Shown here: piece after piece, positions 1 to 12,429 of the stretch
Layout of the letters: the number at the start of each line of letters is the position of its first letter
How positions within the stretch are numbered: position 1 is the stretch's first letter
NCBI GenBank assembly: GCA_964234715.1
Contig: OZ174276.1
Direction: 5' to 3' (one strand)
From: Podarcis melisellensis
Lineage: Eukaryota
DNA: 64,000 bases
Program-made: the position numbers and the translations under genes
Notes under the pieces: model-generated
What the model saw: the letters and a program-made list of their open reading frames with translations, nothing else
Told to the model about the DNA's origin: nothing
Database searches by the model: none

Positions 1-648
1 TTCCCAATATTTTGGCCAATTGGCCTCCATATTGGGTCTTTTTCGGGCCTTAGCCTCCAAAGGTGACAGCCACCTCGGTGTTTTGTTTTCTAATAAGTCT
101 TTGTATCTTGTCCAGACATTAAATATTGCTTTTCTGACAATATGGTTCTTAAAGGCCTTGTTGATCTTAACCTTGTCGTACCATAAATATGCATGCCATC
201 CAAATGCATTGTTAAAACCTTCCAAATCCAGCACATCCGTGTCCTCCAGAAGTAGCCAGTCTTTTAGCCAGCAGAAAGCTGCGGCTTCATAGTACAACTT
301 TAAGTCTGGCAGGGCAAAGCCCCCTCTTTCTTTTGCGTCCGTTAATATCTTAAACTTAATTCTGGGCTTTTTGCCCTGCCAGACAAATTTGGAGATATCT
401 TTCTGCCACTTCCGGAAGCACTCCGTTTTATCTACAATCTGCAATGTCTGAAACAAAAATAACATTTTTGGCAATACATTCATCTTAATAGCAGCTATTC
501 GACCTAACAATGAAAGTTTCAATTTTGACCAGCTATCCAAGTCTCTCTTAATTTCAGACCAGCATTTTTCATAATTATCTTTAAACAGACTCAAATTCTT
601 TGCTGTTATGTTTACCCCTAGGTATTTAACTTTCTTAACCACAGTTAT
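1..648 (-). mobile_element. L1-clade LINE ORF2 fragment (end of RT and C-terminal region), 5'-truncated, running off the window edge
   Basis: Manual minus-strand translation is open for about 216 codons: VKKVKYLGVNIT...LSLLGRIAAIKMNVLPKMLFLFQ...FVWQGKKPRIK...KERGGFALPDLKLYYEAA. These are typical L1 ORF2 motifs. It is absent from the ORF track because there is no stop in the window. Confidence 0.92.
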
Positions 649-1191
649 GGAAAATGTATTATTATTTTTAATTAGATGTATTCTTTTCTAAGAGAGTATC
701 CTCACAAAGCATCTAACACAGAATAAAAGCTAAAGAGCCATCCATAAACAATACACAAATACCATTTCAAACTTTTCAAAAAAACTACAAATCAATAAAA
801 AGACTCAGCACATCAATCTGAAGGCAAACAATAATCAGCCGAGCATAATCATAAAACACGAGATAGAAGAACAGCCCAACGGTTCCATAGTCAAATTAAA
901 CTCAATCTATAAAAGCGGAATACAAAAGTCTTCAGAGCCAGTTTAAAAATGCAATAAAGCATTGGGGGGGGGGAGCTTCTAAGGGGCCTTAACAAGTTTT
1001 AAAACTTTTTATTACTACACAATACTTCTCATATACTTTGTGGGGGCTTACTCCCTAATTTGGGGAAAACATTTGTTTTGGAGGAAATAAAAACAATTTT
1101 CATAAAATTAGCCAGGTTTCTCAGAGGAAGGGGTGCACATCATCAAACACAGTGGTGCATCTTTGCTGTTGGTTCAATCTGAAGGCAAACC

Positions 1192-1332
1192 ACAGAATTG
1201 TAGAGTTGGAAAGAACACCAAGGGTCATCTAGTCTAACCCCCTGCAATGCAGGATTCCCAGCTAAAGCATCCATGACAGATGGCCATCCATCCTCTGCTT
1301 AAAAACCTCCAAGGAAGGAAAGTTCACACCCC
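1192..1332 (-). mobile_element. CR1 LINE 3' end fragment
   Basis: Reverse complement of the same CR1 3' UTR seen at 17820-17962 (GAATTGTAGAGTTGGAA...CATCTAGTCTAACCCCCTGCAATGCAGGA...GACAGATGGCCATCC). Confidence 0.85.
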
Positions 1333-2779
1333 CAATTTGGTGATCTAAATTGAAGTTTCAGGAACAGAACAGGTGGTGAAGTTGTTTCTGTGAGCCCTTC
1401 ACTGTGTTCTCAGTTTGCAACTCCCTCCACATAGTGGTTAGAGCAGTGACATGATGCAGGAGCACCACAATAAAGTGGGCTGGGTTGACATGACTGTTTT
1501 ACTCTTTGCCAAATTCCGACTAGATTCATTCATCCCACGTTCTCGAGTTGCCTCATCAGTCTGGCTAAGAGAATGATTTCTCTGTCTGTCTGTCTGTCTA
1601 TCTCACATGTGAACATGGACACTCACACTTTGTATTTTCAGATAGGACAAATCAATTAATGAGAAGTCAGGGCTTACTAACTGGAGTAGTGAACATTCTG
1701 GAGATTGTGCAGCTTCTCTTCCAAGTTTACATCCTCTGTTTAGGGATGCAAAATGAACCTAGCGCTGATATACTGCACACCGGTGGCTGCAGCAAGCCAG
1801 GCAGATTGGTTTCTATAGCTATGCGCTGTAAAAGGATGCAAGAGTTCCTTTCAACTCCCTGGCTTTAGCCCAAGCCAAAGGCTTCTTAACGCAGGCAAGC
1901 TGTTGTGTGACTGCTGAAATGGAAGATTATTTATTTAAAGCAGAGACTTTTTTCTTTCCCATCCCACCCCCTCAACCCCCAGCACTCAGAGAGCAATCAG
2001 TGCTAAAGGGAAAGATGGCAAAGCTCAGCGTCTCCAAATTGAAACTCAAGCCAAGGGTAGAGAAATGCCCTGCAGCTCATCCCAGTCTGTGAATGACAAT
2101 AAATAACTGGCTAAGGGGATGTTATTGAAAAGTGAGAGGAGGGAGCAGGGCAGGTCGACTCTCTTTCGAAGTTTTTACTCCCAACATTAGTCTGAAGAGA
2201 TTGCGAGGGGTGCAAAGGAACCACTTTCCTCTGGCTAAAACACCCCTGGCAGAAACTGAGTGAGCAAAAAAAAGTGGTCAACCAGGTTGGTCAGCCAAAT
2301 AAACACAGCTGTGAGTGAGCTTCATGCATCACTGGGAAATAATGGCATCTATTTTATGGGGGGGGGGGGAGGCTTGTCAGGTAATGTGACATTTTGGATG
2401 GCCTGATAAACATAGTGCTGTAATACGGATTAGGGAATTCACATGTCAGAGACTTTTGACACTCCTGAGAGTCTGCTCCTACTATCCATGCTTAAGTGCA
2501 GGTAGGTCCCATTGGAATGAACTGAGACTGCAAACCTGCCCACATCATAACCAAACATGCCCTACTTCTGAGCGAGCAGAATTGAGGTCATAAGAACGGG
2601 TTGCAGCCTAGGTATTATTATTATTTTTTTTTGGTGGGGTGTATTCTCAGGAGAACTTCCCTCATCGCGTTGTCATAATACCAAATATTGGGGGGGGGAG
2701 CGCCCATCGGTCTAAAGAAGTCATATTACTGTTAGGCAGGCGTCTGCAACCACGAAGCACTGGAAACTGGGATCAACTT

Positions 2780-4260
2780 AGCCCCAACAACGCAAATCGC
2801 CTCAGAAATAAGTCCCGGGTTTGGGGTCCCCTGGACTGCAGCTTCTGCGTTGTTGCGGATAGCGAGCCCCTTAAGGCGCTTCTCCCACGTCCGCGCCTTC
2901 CCCGCTTCTTTATCAACGAGGCGAAGGAGGAGAAGCGAGCATGTGCAGAGTGCCTTTTCCACAGGGCTCTGCCAAACAGCGAAGAGCGAGGGCGGTCGCC
3001 CTCTTTCGTATGATACATACATACACAATGTACTTCAATATAGTAAGACCTAAAAACCCAGCCTCTACAGCTTCTGCCCTTGGGAAGAAGAAGGGACACG
3101 AGGCACGTTCACCAGCAACGCGCCGCCGTCCACACACACACACACACACACACGCCGTTATTTTTAATTTTCGGCAAGGTGACGTCGCCTTGTGCCGAGG
3201 GGGGGGGCGCTGCTAAAAAGAAGGGAAAAAGGCGGCAGAACGTGCGAGAGGCGCGCGCGCCTGTGTGTGCATGAGAGAGATGTGAAGAAGAGCGTGTGTC
3301 TGTGCGCGCGCGCCCGTGTGTGGAGGAATCCGGCGCTGCGCGAGAGCCTCCCCTGCTTTTCCCGCGCGCCTCCCCCTCCTCCTCCCCTTCTTCTCTCCGC
3401 CCCTCGCCCTCTCCTCTCTTTCCCTCCTCGAACATCGCGGTGCCGGCGAGCGCGGCGCTGTTGTCGCAGCTCCAGAAGAGGCGGCGGGCGCTGCGGGAGG
3501 AGCCGCGCAGGATTACTTACCCAGGCTCGCGGCTGCTTCTCGTGGAAGTGCTGGTGGCGCAGGAGGAGGGGGGGGGGGAAGATAAAACCGGAACAGAGCG
3601 CGCCGACGACGACGGCAGGTGGGTTGCTGAACTAGGGCACGGAGGGGGGGGAGGGAGTTTCTGTCAGGGGGTCTAGAACAAAATGGGGGGGGGGGGTTGC
3701 AACGAACTTTTGCAAGGAAGCTAGTGGGGGTCTCCGCCCCGCCCAGCCTGCGTTGGTGGTGGGGTTCTTCTTCGGTCCTCGTCTGCCGAGAGAGTTGGGA
3801 ACGAGGGAGAGGTGTCACGTTTCCTAACCGCCTCAATTTGCTTTCTTTCAACTTTGGGAGCGAAGTTTATTTGGGGGGTGGGGGATGTCTTATGGTGGTA
3901 TCCATGCCTGCCGAGGCTGCTTTCAAGCTGGTGGGAAAACTGCGAGACGTTTCGGCGTTGTCCATTTATTTCTCGTGCTCTCTGAGCTGCTTCTTCCTGC
4001 TTAAGTGTTGAGACAGGGCGCTGCTATGTGATTTGCGAGGCGCCAGGCTCAAGTTTTTGTTTTTATTTCTTCCCCATCTCCTCGCCGCTCTCTGCTTGGT
4101 CCTTTTTTTTTATTGCCGGCATCATTTCCGAATGCACATTCGCCTTAAAAGCAAAACAAAAAGCCAGCTGTCACCTTTCCTCTTCTGCTGCCGTTCGCAG
4201 CAGCCTCCTTTTTTTTTTAGCTCTGCCAAAGAGAGGCGAAGTCGACGAAAACCTTGCATT
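2780..4260. promoter_or_regulatory. CpG island / promoter region of an unidentified gene
   Basis: Dense CpG and high GC against a CpG-depleted background. CRE-like TGACGTCG at 3180, (GC)n/(GT)n alternating tracts at 3250-3320, a pyrimidine tract at 3368-3428, a GC box CCGCCC near 3734, and G-runs. Confidence 0.9.
3290..3618 (+). other. Probable non-coding first exon of a plus-strand gene (start approximate)
   Basis: GC-rich UTR-like sequence ending in the donor CAG|GTGGGT (GT at 3619-3620). No convincing ATG-initiated ORF. Confidence 0.5.
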
Positions 4261-4426
4261 TTGTGGGGTGGAAAGAAGACTCCAGGGGTTGTTCTCTGAG
4301 GCGCTGTATATCTGAAAGCAGATCCTCTTGCCTCTCCCTTTTCTCCTTTGCTGTCACTTCGTTTGTAAGAACAAACTCATTATAAAAACATACACAAAAC
4401 AACTCCTGCGTTAGGTTGATGGGACG
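4221..4426 (+). other. Candidate alternative/second 5' UTR exon
   Basis: Poly-T acceptor TTTTTTTTAG ending at 4220 and donor ACG|GTAAGC (GT at 4427-4428). Confidence 0.3.
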
Positions 4427-4484
4427 GTAAGCAGAGAACAAACAAATAGGCACCTCTGAGAGTAAAGGACATAAACAAAAGTTC

Positions 4485-4488
<4 letters not shown>

Positions 4489-4537
<49 letters not shown>
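4489..4537. repeat. (TG)n microsatellite
   Basis: Direct reading. Confidence 0.98.
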
Positions 4538-4538
<1 letters not shown>

Positions 4539-4658
4539 GTGGCATCTTAAAGACTAATAGATTTGCAGTGCAAGCCCCTAATCAGTAGGAAGTGTTTATA
4601 AGGATTGCAGCCTTACTAGCTTCCATGGAGTTGGAGCCCACTTCATCAGATGCATAAA
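4538..4658 (-). mobile_element. Degraded Penelope-like element end with a decayed hammerhead motif, interrupted by a short insert
   Basis: GTGGCATCTTAAAGACTAA resembles GTAGCACCTTAAAGACCAA at 46988. The minus strand reads GCATCTGATGAAGTGGGCTCCAACTCCATGGAAGCTAG. Confidence 0.6.
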
Positions 4659-5849
4659 GTGTTATTTAGTTGTAAATAATAATGATATGCAAGCTTTACA
4701 GCTCTGTGCTTTCATTTCACAGAGCACATTCCTTCACTCTTGTGCTCAAAGGAGGAAGGGGGGGGCGGAGTTTCTAATGTGCCCCCAAACTAAAATGGGG
4801 GCAGGATATCAGCGAGGCAAAATCTCAAGATCAATTGCAGTAAAATAAACGAAGGCAGAATAATCCACACAAGCCTCACCTGGGGCTATATTGCTCTTGT
4901 ATAACAATATTGCACTTCAAGTGGGGGGGGGATCTGTTTTGGAAGTGTAGATATTATCAATGATTATTACAGAGGGCTGTCAATGACTCACACTATCTGC
5001 ATTACTCATGGGATTTTATTGTTAAATCACCTGTAAAACAATCACATTCCCCGTGTCTTTAATTTGTGTTTAAATGTTATCTTGCTGTACTAAATGCAGA
5101 ATGCATTCCCTAAAAATCATTTTTTAAAAGAACAACCCCTGACATTTGGAGCTAGGGGAAAAATACTGCTCCATTCTCCTGTGGATCTCTTTAGCAGCAT
5201 GAGCAATGGAAGATGCTAATGCTGCTCTGTTCGAACCGATCTATAATGTTAGCTTTACTGACTGAATGTCTTTTTTTGCTCTCACTTTTGTGAGCACTAG
5301 GGGTCAGATGCTTTCTGCTGATGATTAAAAACGAGCTTTCATTGAGCATTGCTTTATTTGTAAACTGAAGTGTTTGTTTTATATAATCCAATTAGAAGGG
5401 TGACAAAACTACAGTCTCCCTCTAACAACCCCCAGTCAAAAAGATTCCTTGAGAGTAAACTTGCTTTGCTTCATATTTCCAGTTTTAAACAATAAATTAA
5501 ATCAGGAATCCTCTTGAGACAAAAAAAGATAGTTATTTCATGCTTCATAGTTTGCTCTTGGTAAGGGATTGCAGATGGTCACCATTAAAATATCAATTAA
5601 TCTTACTGGATCATTTAGATTGGCAGGTCATCCTGCCATTCTAGGGCTGTTCTCTGTAACATGTTCCTTAATGCTTGGTACTCCTAATTTTGAATGTATT
5701 TGCCGGTCCATTTCTCAGTGTTAGATACTGTGACTTACTGATTTATCACTCTTGGATCTTTTGTGGCTGCATTTGATAGGGTGGTTCTGACCCACTTATG
5801 CATTCCTGGATTGAGCAAGAACCGGCTTTTATGTCGTTTAGGTTGCAGT

Positions 5850-5937
5850 TTGCAGCCTTATACCAATTTACCTTGGAGTAAATCCCATTGAACTAAAGAA
5901 ACATGATTCTAAGTAGACTTGCACAGGATTGCACTGT
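5850..5937. repeat. Short quasi-palindromic interspersed repeat (MITE-like). Related copies at about 2485-2600, 10820-10920, 13765-13820, 17965-18050, 35090-35205 and 51182-51260
   Basis: Recurrent GCAATCC...AGTAAATCCCATTGAA...AGTAGAC...GGATTGCA pattern. Confidence 0.6.
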
Positions 5938-5999
5938 TGTTCTTCTTACCAGTTGACTTGACCACAGACATATATTACACCTTGCTTTTTTCCAAAATC

Positions 6000-6176
6000 A
6001 CAGAGTGCATACTTCTCAAGAAGAAAGTCCCAAGTTCAGTCCCTGGGGACTGCATTGGAAATTATACTGTATAATATGGCTTGGAAAATCCCCAGTCTTG
6101 GAGAGCCACTGCCAGTTGAGAGTAGACAGTACTGGGCTGCATGAACCAATGATCTGATTTTGTAGGTGGCAGCTTC
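6000..6176 (+). mobile_element. Old tRNA(Ala-like)-derived SINE
   Basis: Body CTTGGAGAGCCACTGCCAGT...AGACAGTACTGGGCT...ACCAATG is shared with the copies at 11680-11820, 36298-36460, 43300-43452 and 45833-45990. Confidence 0.7.
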
Positions 6177-7334
6177 TTGTATACACAGATGGTCAGAAAG
6201 ACCATTGGCTACCCCCCCCCCCATTCAACTAGGCTTGTAGTTTAATCCCTTTCAACAGCATGTGATAATGCTGCCAAATGCAGCACAAGCTGCGTTACCC
6301 AATTTTGACGGTTGTGGCTGAAGTTTTATGGGCACTTTGGAAACTTGTTATAAAAGAAATTTGATTTCTGACTGAGATGCTTGCATGCAGAGTTTCAGAT
6401 GAGAGTGACTTTTTTAACGGACAAAGCCATAAACAAGAAATAAGGATTTATAACAGAGGTTCTCTCTGACGTTTATGGCACTGCAAATAACATTTCTGAG
6501 ATGCATGCAGACAGGTGTGGAAATGTATTCATTATAAACGCATCTTGGTTTCAGAGGCACATGAAACATGATTTAAAAAGAGTGTTTGACAGAATTATTT
6601 AATAGAAGCTTGTAACATTAGCTGCAGAAATCCTGATCAGTTCTGAATCTTTAAAAAGTTCGACTTCCTGATAGTATTGATCATTTTTGTCTTGAGGGCA
6701 ACTGATGTGCATGCTTTGACATTTCAGAATTTTGAGATTCCAGATATGCTGGAATCTAGGCATTATATCTTCATTATATTTTCACCGACTATTAAGCCTT
6801 TATATGACACAAACTGTATATATCCTATGGTCATACATAACTAGGGAAAGAAATCCCTATGGAATATAAATACAATAACTTTACAGCCCCCCACCAAGCA
6901 TTATTAGAAATTTAGCTATATGATTGTTTTCCTAATGTAGGGTTCTGAACAGAATACCCGATAGTCATGGGCATAACTTCAATGTTGGGCAATGTTGGAC
7001 CTGTGTGGAAAAGTTCCAGTAGGTTTGTACTGTGTGTCAGATCTGAAACTAAGAGTAACTTATTTAAAGATTGATATCTGCCTTTCAGTTTAATTTTTGA
7101 AAGTTTACTAACAAAGAAACAACTATCATTCTCTTGTCAGGACAAGGTCTAAGTGTAATAAAAATTTGTTTGGGAAAGACAGTAGTGTTAAATTTTGTAT
7201 TGTGTTAATTAGGCATGTATGAAAAGAAAACTACGCATCATGCAAATACTTGTAGATATGTACACATTTCCATGTTCCTGTCTTGCCTGGGAATCTTGTG
7301 TGCATATATATGGACTTGTCCTATCTTTGTAGCC

Positions 7335-7470
7335 TAGGGATAGGCAACATGGTGTCCTACAGAGATGTTTTGGACTTCATTTCCCATAATCCTTGACCAT
7401 TGGCCATACTGTCTGGGTATCATGGGAGTTGTAGTATAATGACATCTGAGGGCACCATGTTGACTACCTA
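7335..7470. mobile_element. Old hAT-type MITE
   Basis: Imperfect TIRs (GGCAACATGGTG...CACCATGTTGAC) and the internal CATTTCCCAT/ATGGGAGTTGTAG palindrome shared with the copies at 19311 and 22775. Confidence 0.7.
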
Positions 7471-7948
7471 TCATTTTTTTGCTGTTTTGAAGTGAGTTGT
7501 TCAAAACCCAGCATGCTTTGAGAGAAAGCATGTAGAGTGTGCTTGGCATGCTTGTTTCGGTTGTGAAGGAAGAAGAAGGTTTGTAGAGCTGGACCAAAAG
7601 ACCTGATCTACAGGGTCTGTAATTTTCTTGTCTGCTAATGTTTAAAAGGGGCACTGAAAACTCTCTATAGCGTCACCTTTGTATATGTCTGGTTGATTAG
7701 ATGAAGACCATTTGATGTTGCACACACTCTATAATTTCTTTTGGATTATGGGGAATTATCAGAAGTTGATAGTAGATTCGGGAGTTGTGGCACTTCCCAT
7801 GGAATTTGGAGGACAAATTACTACATTTAGTGTAATATCCTTATATTTGTAAAGCCACTGTAGGCCTGCTCAGAAGTTTCCAAAACCTAGAAGAACAAAT
7901 TAGACAATCCAGAAACCCCCTGTGTTTTTAAATTTAATCCAGTAAATT

Positions 7949-8288
7949 TAGGGTTGCCATATTTCAAAAAGTATAAACCAGGACACCCTGAAAGTTCTTG
8001 AGCTTTTTTTAGGAAGATCCCAAAATTGTTGAACTTTTTTAAAAAGAAAATTGTTGTACAAAAATGCCCAAAACCCTGCGATTTTTTCATTGATTTGCCT
8101 AAGATCCAGGACAAAGTGCCACATTTTGGAAATGTACCCGGGATGTTATTTCTAGCTTTGAAATCCCAGTAATCATATTGTATAATTTGGCTTGGAAAAT
8201 CCCCAGTCTTGGAGAACCACTGCCAGTTGAGAGTAGACAGCACTGGGCTGTATGAACCAATGATCTGATTTTGTAGGTGGCAGCTCTA
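7949..8288. mobile_element. hAT-like non-autonomous element containing a captured 107-bp local segment
   Basis: Left TIR TAGGGTTGCC (7949) and imperfect right TIR GGCAGCTCTA (8279-8288), with GTAAAT on both flanks. Confidence 0.55.
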
Positions 8289-9054
8289 GTAAATCAAATT
8301 ATTCCTGAATCAGAATGAACAGGAGTCCGTGATCTCTAACAGAAGGACTCAGTTTATGACTGAAAAAGAAGCCTGACTTGGAGATCCTTGGCTTTATAAT
8401 GAAATGGCAGTTGTTGATAGCTTTTCAAGTTTGGTAGTTTAGACAACTTGTAAATGGAAATCGGGGCTAATTTTTAAAAAGAGTTAATGCATGTTTCAAA
8501 AGCAACATGATTTAGCATCACTATCACCTTATGGTTAATCGGAGTAAAATGAGACTTGAGTCAACCCTTCCCAATGATAACACTTGATGGCACTCTCAGC
8601 AAGAATATCACTTTATCTAACCAATTACACAGGGCAGTCATCATGTTTGTCATGGCAGCTTTTGAGCCATGCACTGAATACGTAGGTAGTTATTGAAAGG
8701 ATTTCTTGGTAGGAGATACTTGCTTGACCACTTCTATCTATTGCCTTTATCTATTCTATTTCTGTCATTTTTGAAATGCCAACAAAATAATAATAATTTT
8801 AAAAGAAATACCATGCATGATGCATTAAAACCCCCCAATATGATTTATATGTCTATTTATCACTGTATTTTCTTTTATACATTTATATACCACTCTTCAA
8901 CCAAAAGCTTCACAGAGCAGTTTATAAGGGAATAGAGTAACAATAGCATTGGTGTAAGCTTTCACGCAAACACAAAATCAGTAAAACCAGAAATTAATAC
9001 TGCAGATTACAATACCCAACATTTTAAAAGGCTGAGGGGTAATAGACTATATTT

Positions 9055-9235
9055 GCAGATTCTCTGTTAAAACTGGATCTAAAGTTGGTCTGAAATGGAT
9101 CTAAGTAATGCACCATCTAGAAACTTTTGAAGTTGTGTGGCCTCCACTCATTCAAGCAGTTTGCCTAAGAAGGGTATATCTGCCGCTGGTTGATAGTTGT
9201 TGAAATTCACGGGATCCAGGGAATCTTCTTGGATG
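9055..9235 (-). mobile_element. L2 LINE RT N-terminal fragment
   Basis: Minus strand translates SLDPVNFNNYQPAADIPFLGKLLE*V...DPFQTNFR, a decayed NYRPVSNLPFLGKVLE...DPFQSGFR motif. Confidence 0.75.
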
Positions 9236-11679
9236 CAGACTCACAGTAATCACAGTAATCTCTTGGAAGATATATCTTCTAATACAGTGATCGAAGATCA
9301 GGTGGTAGAATCAGAAAATTTGTCCTATGTAATTAAAAACAACATTAAAAAACTAAATTTATTCCTTGTTTCTTTAGTTCTCTGGTATTTCCAAGCATCC
9401 TATTTACTCCCCTGCACTTTCTAGACCTATAGGACATAGCTCGGGAAGTATTACATGTTATCTGGTAGTTCTGAAATATGTTCATTAAAAACAACAAGAA
9501 AACCTTAAAATAGAGGTTCCATCTAGAATAAATTCTGGTTGCACTGGTGTATAAAGCTAGCATATAAGAATCAATAAAGAAAGTAACTGAGTAATTGATT
9601 TGCATATTTTGAAATGATTCTTTTCTACTGCTTTGTTACTTTTTTGCTACTTTGCATTGTGCCTTGCCTGCAAAGGAAGTCTCATGAGAGACTGTTAGCT
9701 CCCCCTTCCATGCCTAGTGCTGTGAAATAATTTGCAAATGGATTTATAGAACAGGAATTTGTAAAACCCTTTTCCCAGCCTTAGGTCAGATTTTCCCTTT
9801 TGTTTTGTGGTTACAGAATGAATGGAAAAGGGAGGTTTTAATGATAGGAAGAAAGCAAACTGAGCAGAATTCAATTGTTCACTGTTTTCCTATTTCCAAA
9901 GAGCATTGTGACTCCTGATTACTACATCGTGGGTTGAAGTTGGTCAGAGCAACAGTCTAATACGGATTCTGTAAGAACAGGGAAATGGCTTCAATTTGCA
10001 GGCATTTCATTATCAGTTTTCTTGGTAGAGATGTTTGGGTGACTAATGTAATCTCCCTCTCATTTTGTATCCAAATAGGAGAGGCCCAGAACTACTCAGT
10101 ACACTAGTATGCATTTGCTGGTTGCAGGCACTTTTTGTTGTTGCCTGTTCTGCAATTCATGACCTAGACTGGATCTTTCCATATTACTAGATGTATTTTG
10201 CTGTTTAAGAGTGCCTATTCAAAAAGTTGGGTTGGGAACAGCAATGGGGCATCTGTTTTACCTTATGAATTGCCATACATCTGTGATGGACATTCCCTCA
10301 ATGTACCACGGGGAAATTTGTGCGAATGTCACCTGACTAAGCCCTGGCTACACAGTTCACACTATGGTGATTCTTTGAATGAGATACCAGCACCTTTAAA
10401 TATTCTCTTCCCTCTTTGGCTGACAATGAAGTTGCTCCAAGAAATGAACAGAATAACAAAATGCTCAAACCATTTATTTATTTATTTTTTAAAAAAATGT
10501 TCTTCATTTAAGTTTTTGAAACTTTGTATGCATGGGTGAATTTGAGGAACACTGAAATTAGGCTTTTTGAAAAAGGGAATGGCTTATTTCTCCCTCCTTT
10601 GCATTAATTTGTTTTTTACTTAATTATAATTTTGCTACCAAATACAACAAGTTCAGAGATGGTTTTTTAAATTTCTGCAACCAAAGAAGAAGCATTTAGC
10701 CATCATATATTTTCTCTACTTTATTGTGAACATTGTACTCTTGCTAGCGTTGGGGAGGTTTGAGACATTGACTTTTAGCTTGGACCTGCAAACAGATCAG
10801 CAGTTAAGTGCATGATTGCATCCAACTATTTCCTACTCACAGTAGACCCAATAAAATTTTTGGATCTTAGTTAGTCATAGTCATTTATTTCAATGGGCCT
10901 TCTCTGAATAGGACTAACATACAGTACAACATTCCAGTAGTAAATTCCGGTTCTCAGCTCACCTTCCTATTGCAGACTGAGTAAGACAATTTCCTATAAA
11001 TATTTATATGAAAATTAAAGAGAGAATAACATCTCTCTCACACACATATCCACACTGTCCACAAATGTTTTCTGTATATTTTTTTCCATTCATCTGCCAT
11101 GCTTACGGGTTTGTTTTGTACAGATTTCACAGTAGTGTACAAAAAGTTCAAAACAACAATATTAAGCAAATATATCACATTAAAATTAAAAGCATCAGTC
11201 AAAATTGTAAGAATTGAAACCATCAAGGACAAAATTAGCAGATACACAATGTGATGCTTTTTGAAAAATAAAAGTTTTAAGTTGCCTTCTTAAAGACAAT
11301 AAGGAGGAGGATTTATGTCTGTGTTGGGGAACCTGTGGTTTTCCAGATGTTTATTTATTATTAAATTTATATTGTACCCTTCCTCCTAAAAGGAGTCCAA
11401 GGTGGCAAACAACAAGTGATGAAATAATAAGAGCACTTTAAATGTTTTCCGATGCTATTTGACTCCAACTCCCATCAGCCTCAGCCAACATGCTAATTCG
11501 TTAGGGATGATGTGTGTTGGAGCCCAACAACATCTGAAGCACCACAGGTTCCTCATTGTTGTTTTATGTGCTTCTCTTATAAGAAGATTCCAGAGCATGG
11601 AGTTGCCACTGGGGAGGCCCTGTATTTTATTGAAGATTATTGCTCCCTTGTTCACACATGCAGAAGAATGGAAAATTGA

Positions 11680-11822
11680 AACATACGAAACTGCCTTGTA
11701 TTGAGTCAGACCTTTGTCCCATCCAGCTCAGTATTGTTGAGACTGGCTGGCAGTGACTCTTCAGGTTTTACCAGCCCTACCAGGAGATGCCAAAGACTGA
11801 ACCTGGGACCTTCTGCTTGCAA
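11680..11822 (-). mobile_element. tRNA-derived SINE (same family as 36298-36460)
   Basis: CTGCCTTGTATTGAGTCAGACC...CCATCCAGCTCAGTATTG...GGAGATGCC...GAACCTGGGACCTTCTGC. Confidence 0.75.
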
Positions 11823-11983
11823 GAATACCTCCCAGATAAAACACCCCCCCATCCCCAAGTGGGAATGAAGTGGAAAAGTTTTGATGTCATAGAGTGAACT
11901 GTGTCATTTTGGGTGGTGAGTGGGGGAAATTGACACTTTCAAATTATTTCATATGTTAAAAATGCTCCATATATATATATATA

Positions 11984-12151
11984 CCGTATTTTTCGCTCTA
12001 TAACACGCACCAGACCATAAGACGCACGTAGTTTTTAGAGGAGGAAAATCTGTAGGCATGCCACCCGTAGGTATTCCCTCCATAACACGCACAGACATTT
12101 CCCCTTACTTTCTAGGAGGAAAAAAGTGAGTGTTATGGTGCAAAAAATATG

Positions 12152-12152
<1 letters not shown>
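11984..12152. mobile_element. Tc1/mariner-superfamily MITE (CCGTA-type TIR)
   Basis: TA|CCGTATTTTTCGC...GCAAAAAATATGG|TG; same family as 51589-51949. Confidence 0.85.
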
Positions 12153-12196
<44 letters not shown>

Positions 12197-12224
12197 TGCG
12201 CGCGCACACACACATACACACACA
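12153..12224. repeat. Compound (TG)n(TA)n(CA)n microsatellite
   Basis: Direct reading. Confidence 0.95.
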
Positions 12225-12429
12225 CAATGGACACTCGGGTTGCGAGGGTGATCCATGCGGGATGCACGCTCGCAACCCGCAGCGGCGTGTCTGCACACGC
12301 ACGGGTTGCGATCTGGCACTTCTGCGCATGCGCAACCGCCGAAACCCGTTCTGGTACTTCCGGGTTTCGGCGGCTGCGTAACCCGAAAAAACGCAACCTG
12401 AAAAAACACTGTAACCCAAGGTATGACTA
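12225..12429. mobile_element. Tigger/pogo-like MITE
   Basis: Imperfect TIRs CAATGGACACTCGGGTTGCG / GTAACCCAAGGTATGACTA; CpG-rich with internal palindromes. Confidence 0.75.

Noticed and set aside
2639-4315. Many overlapping ORFs in the CpG island
   Set aside because: Low-complexity Arg/Gly/Pro/Ala frames expected from high GC; mostly non-ATG starts and no recognisable domain. No gene symbol could be assigned.
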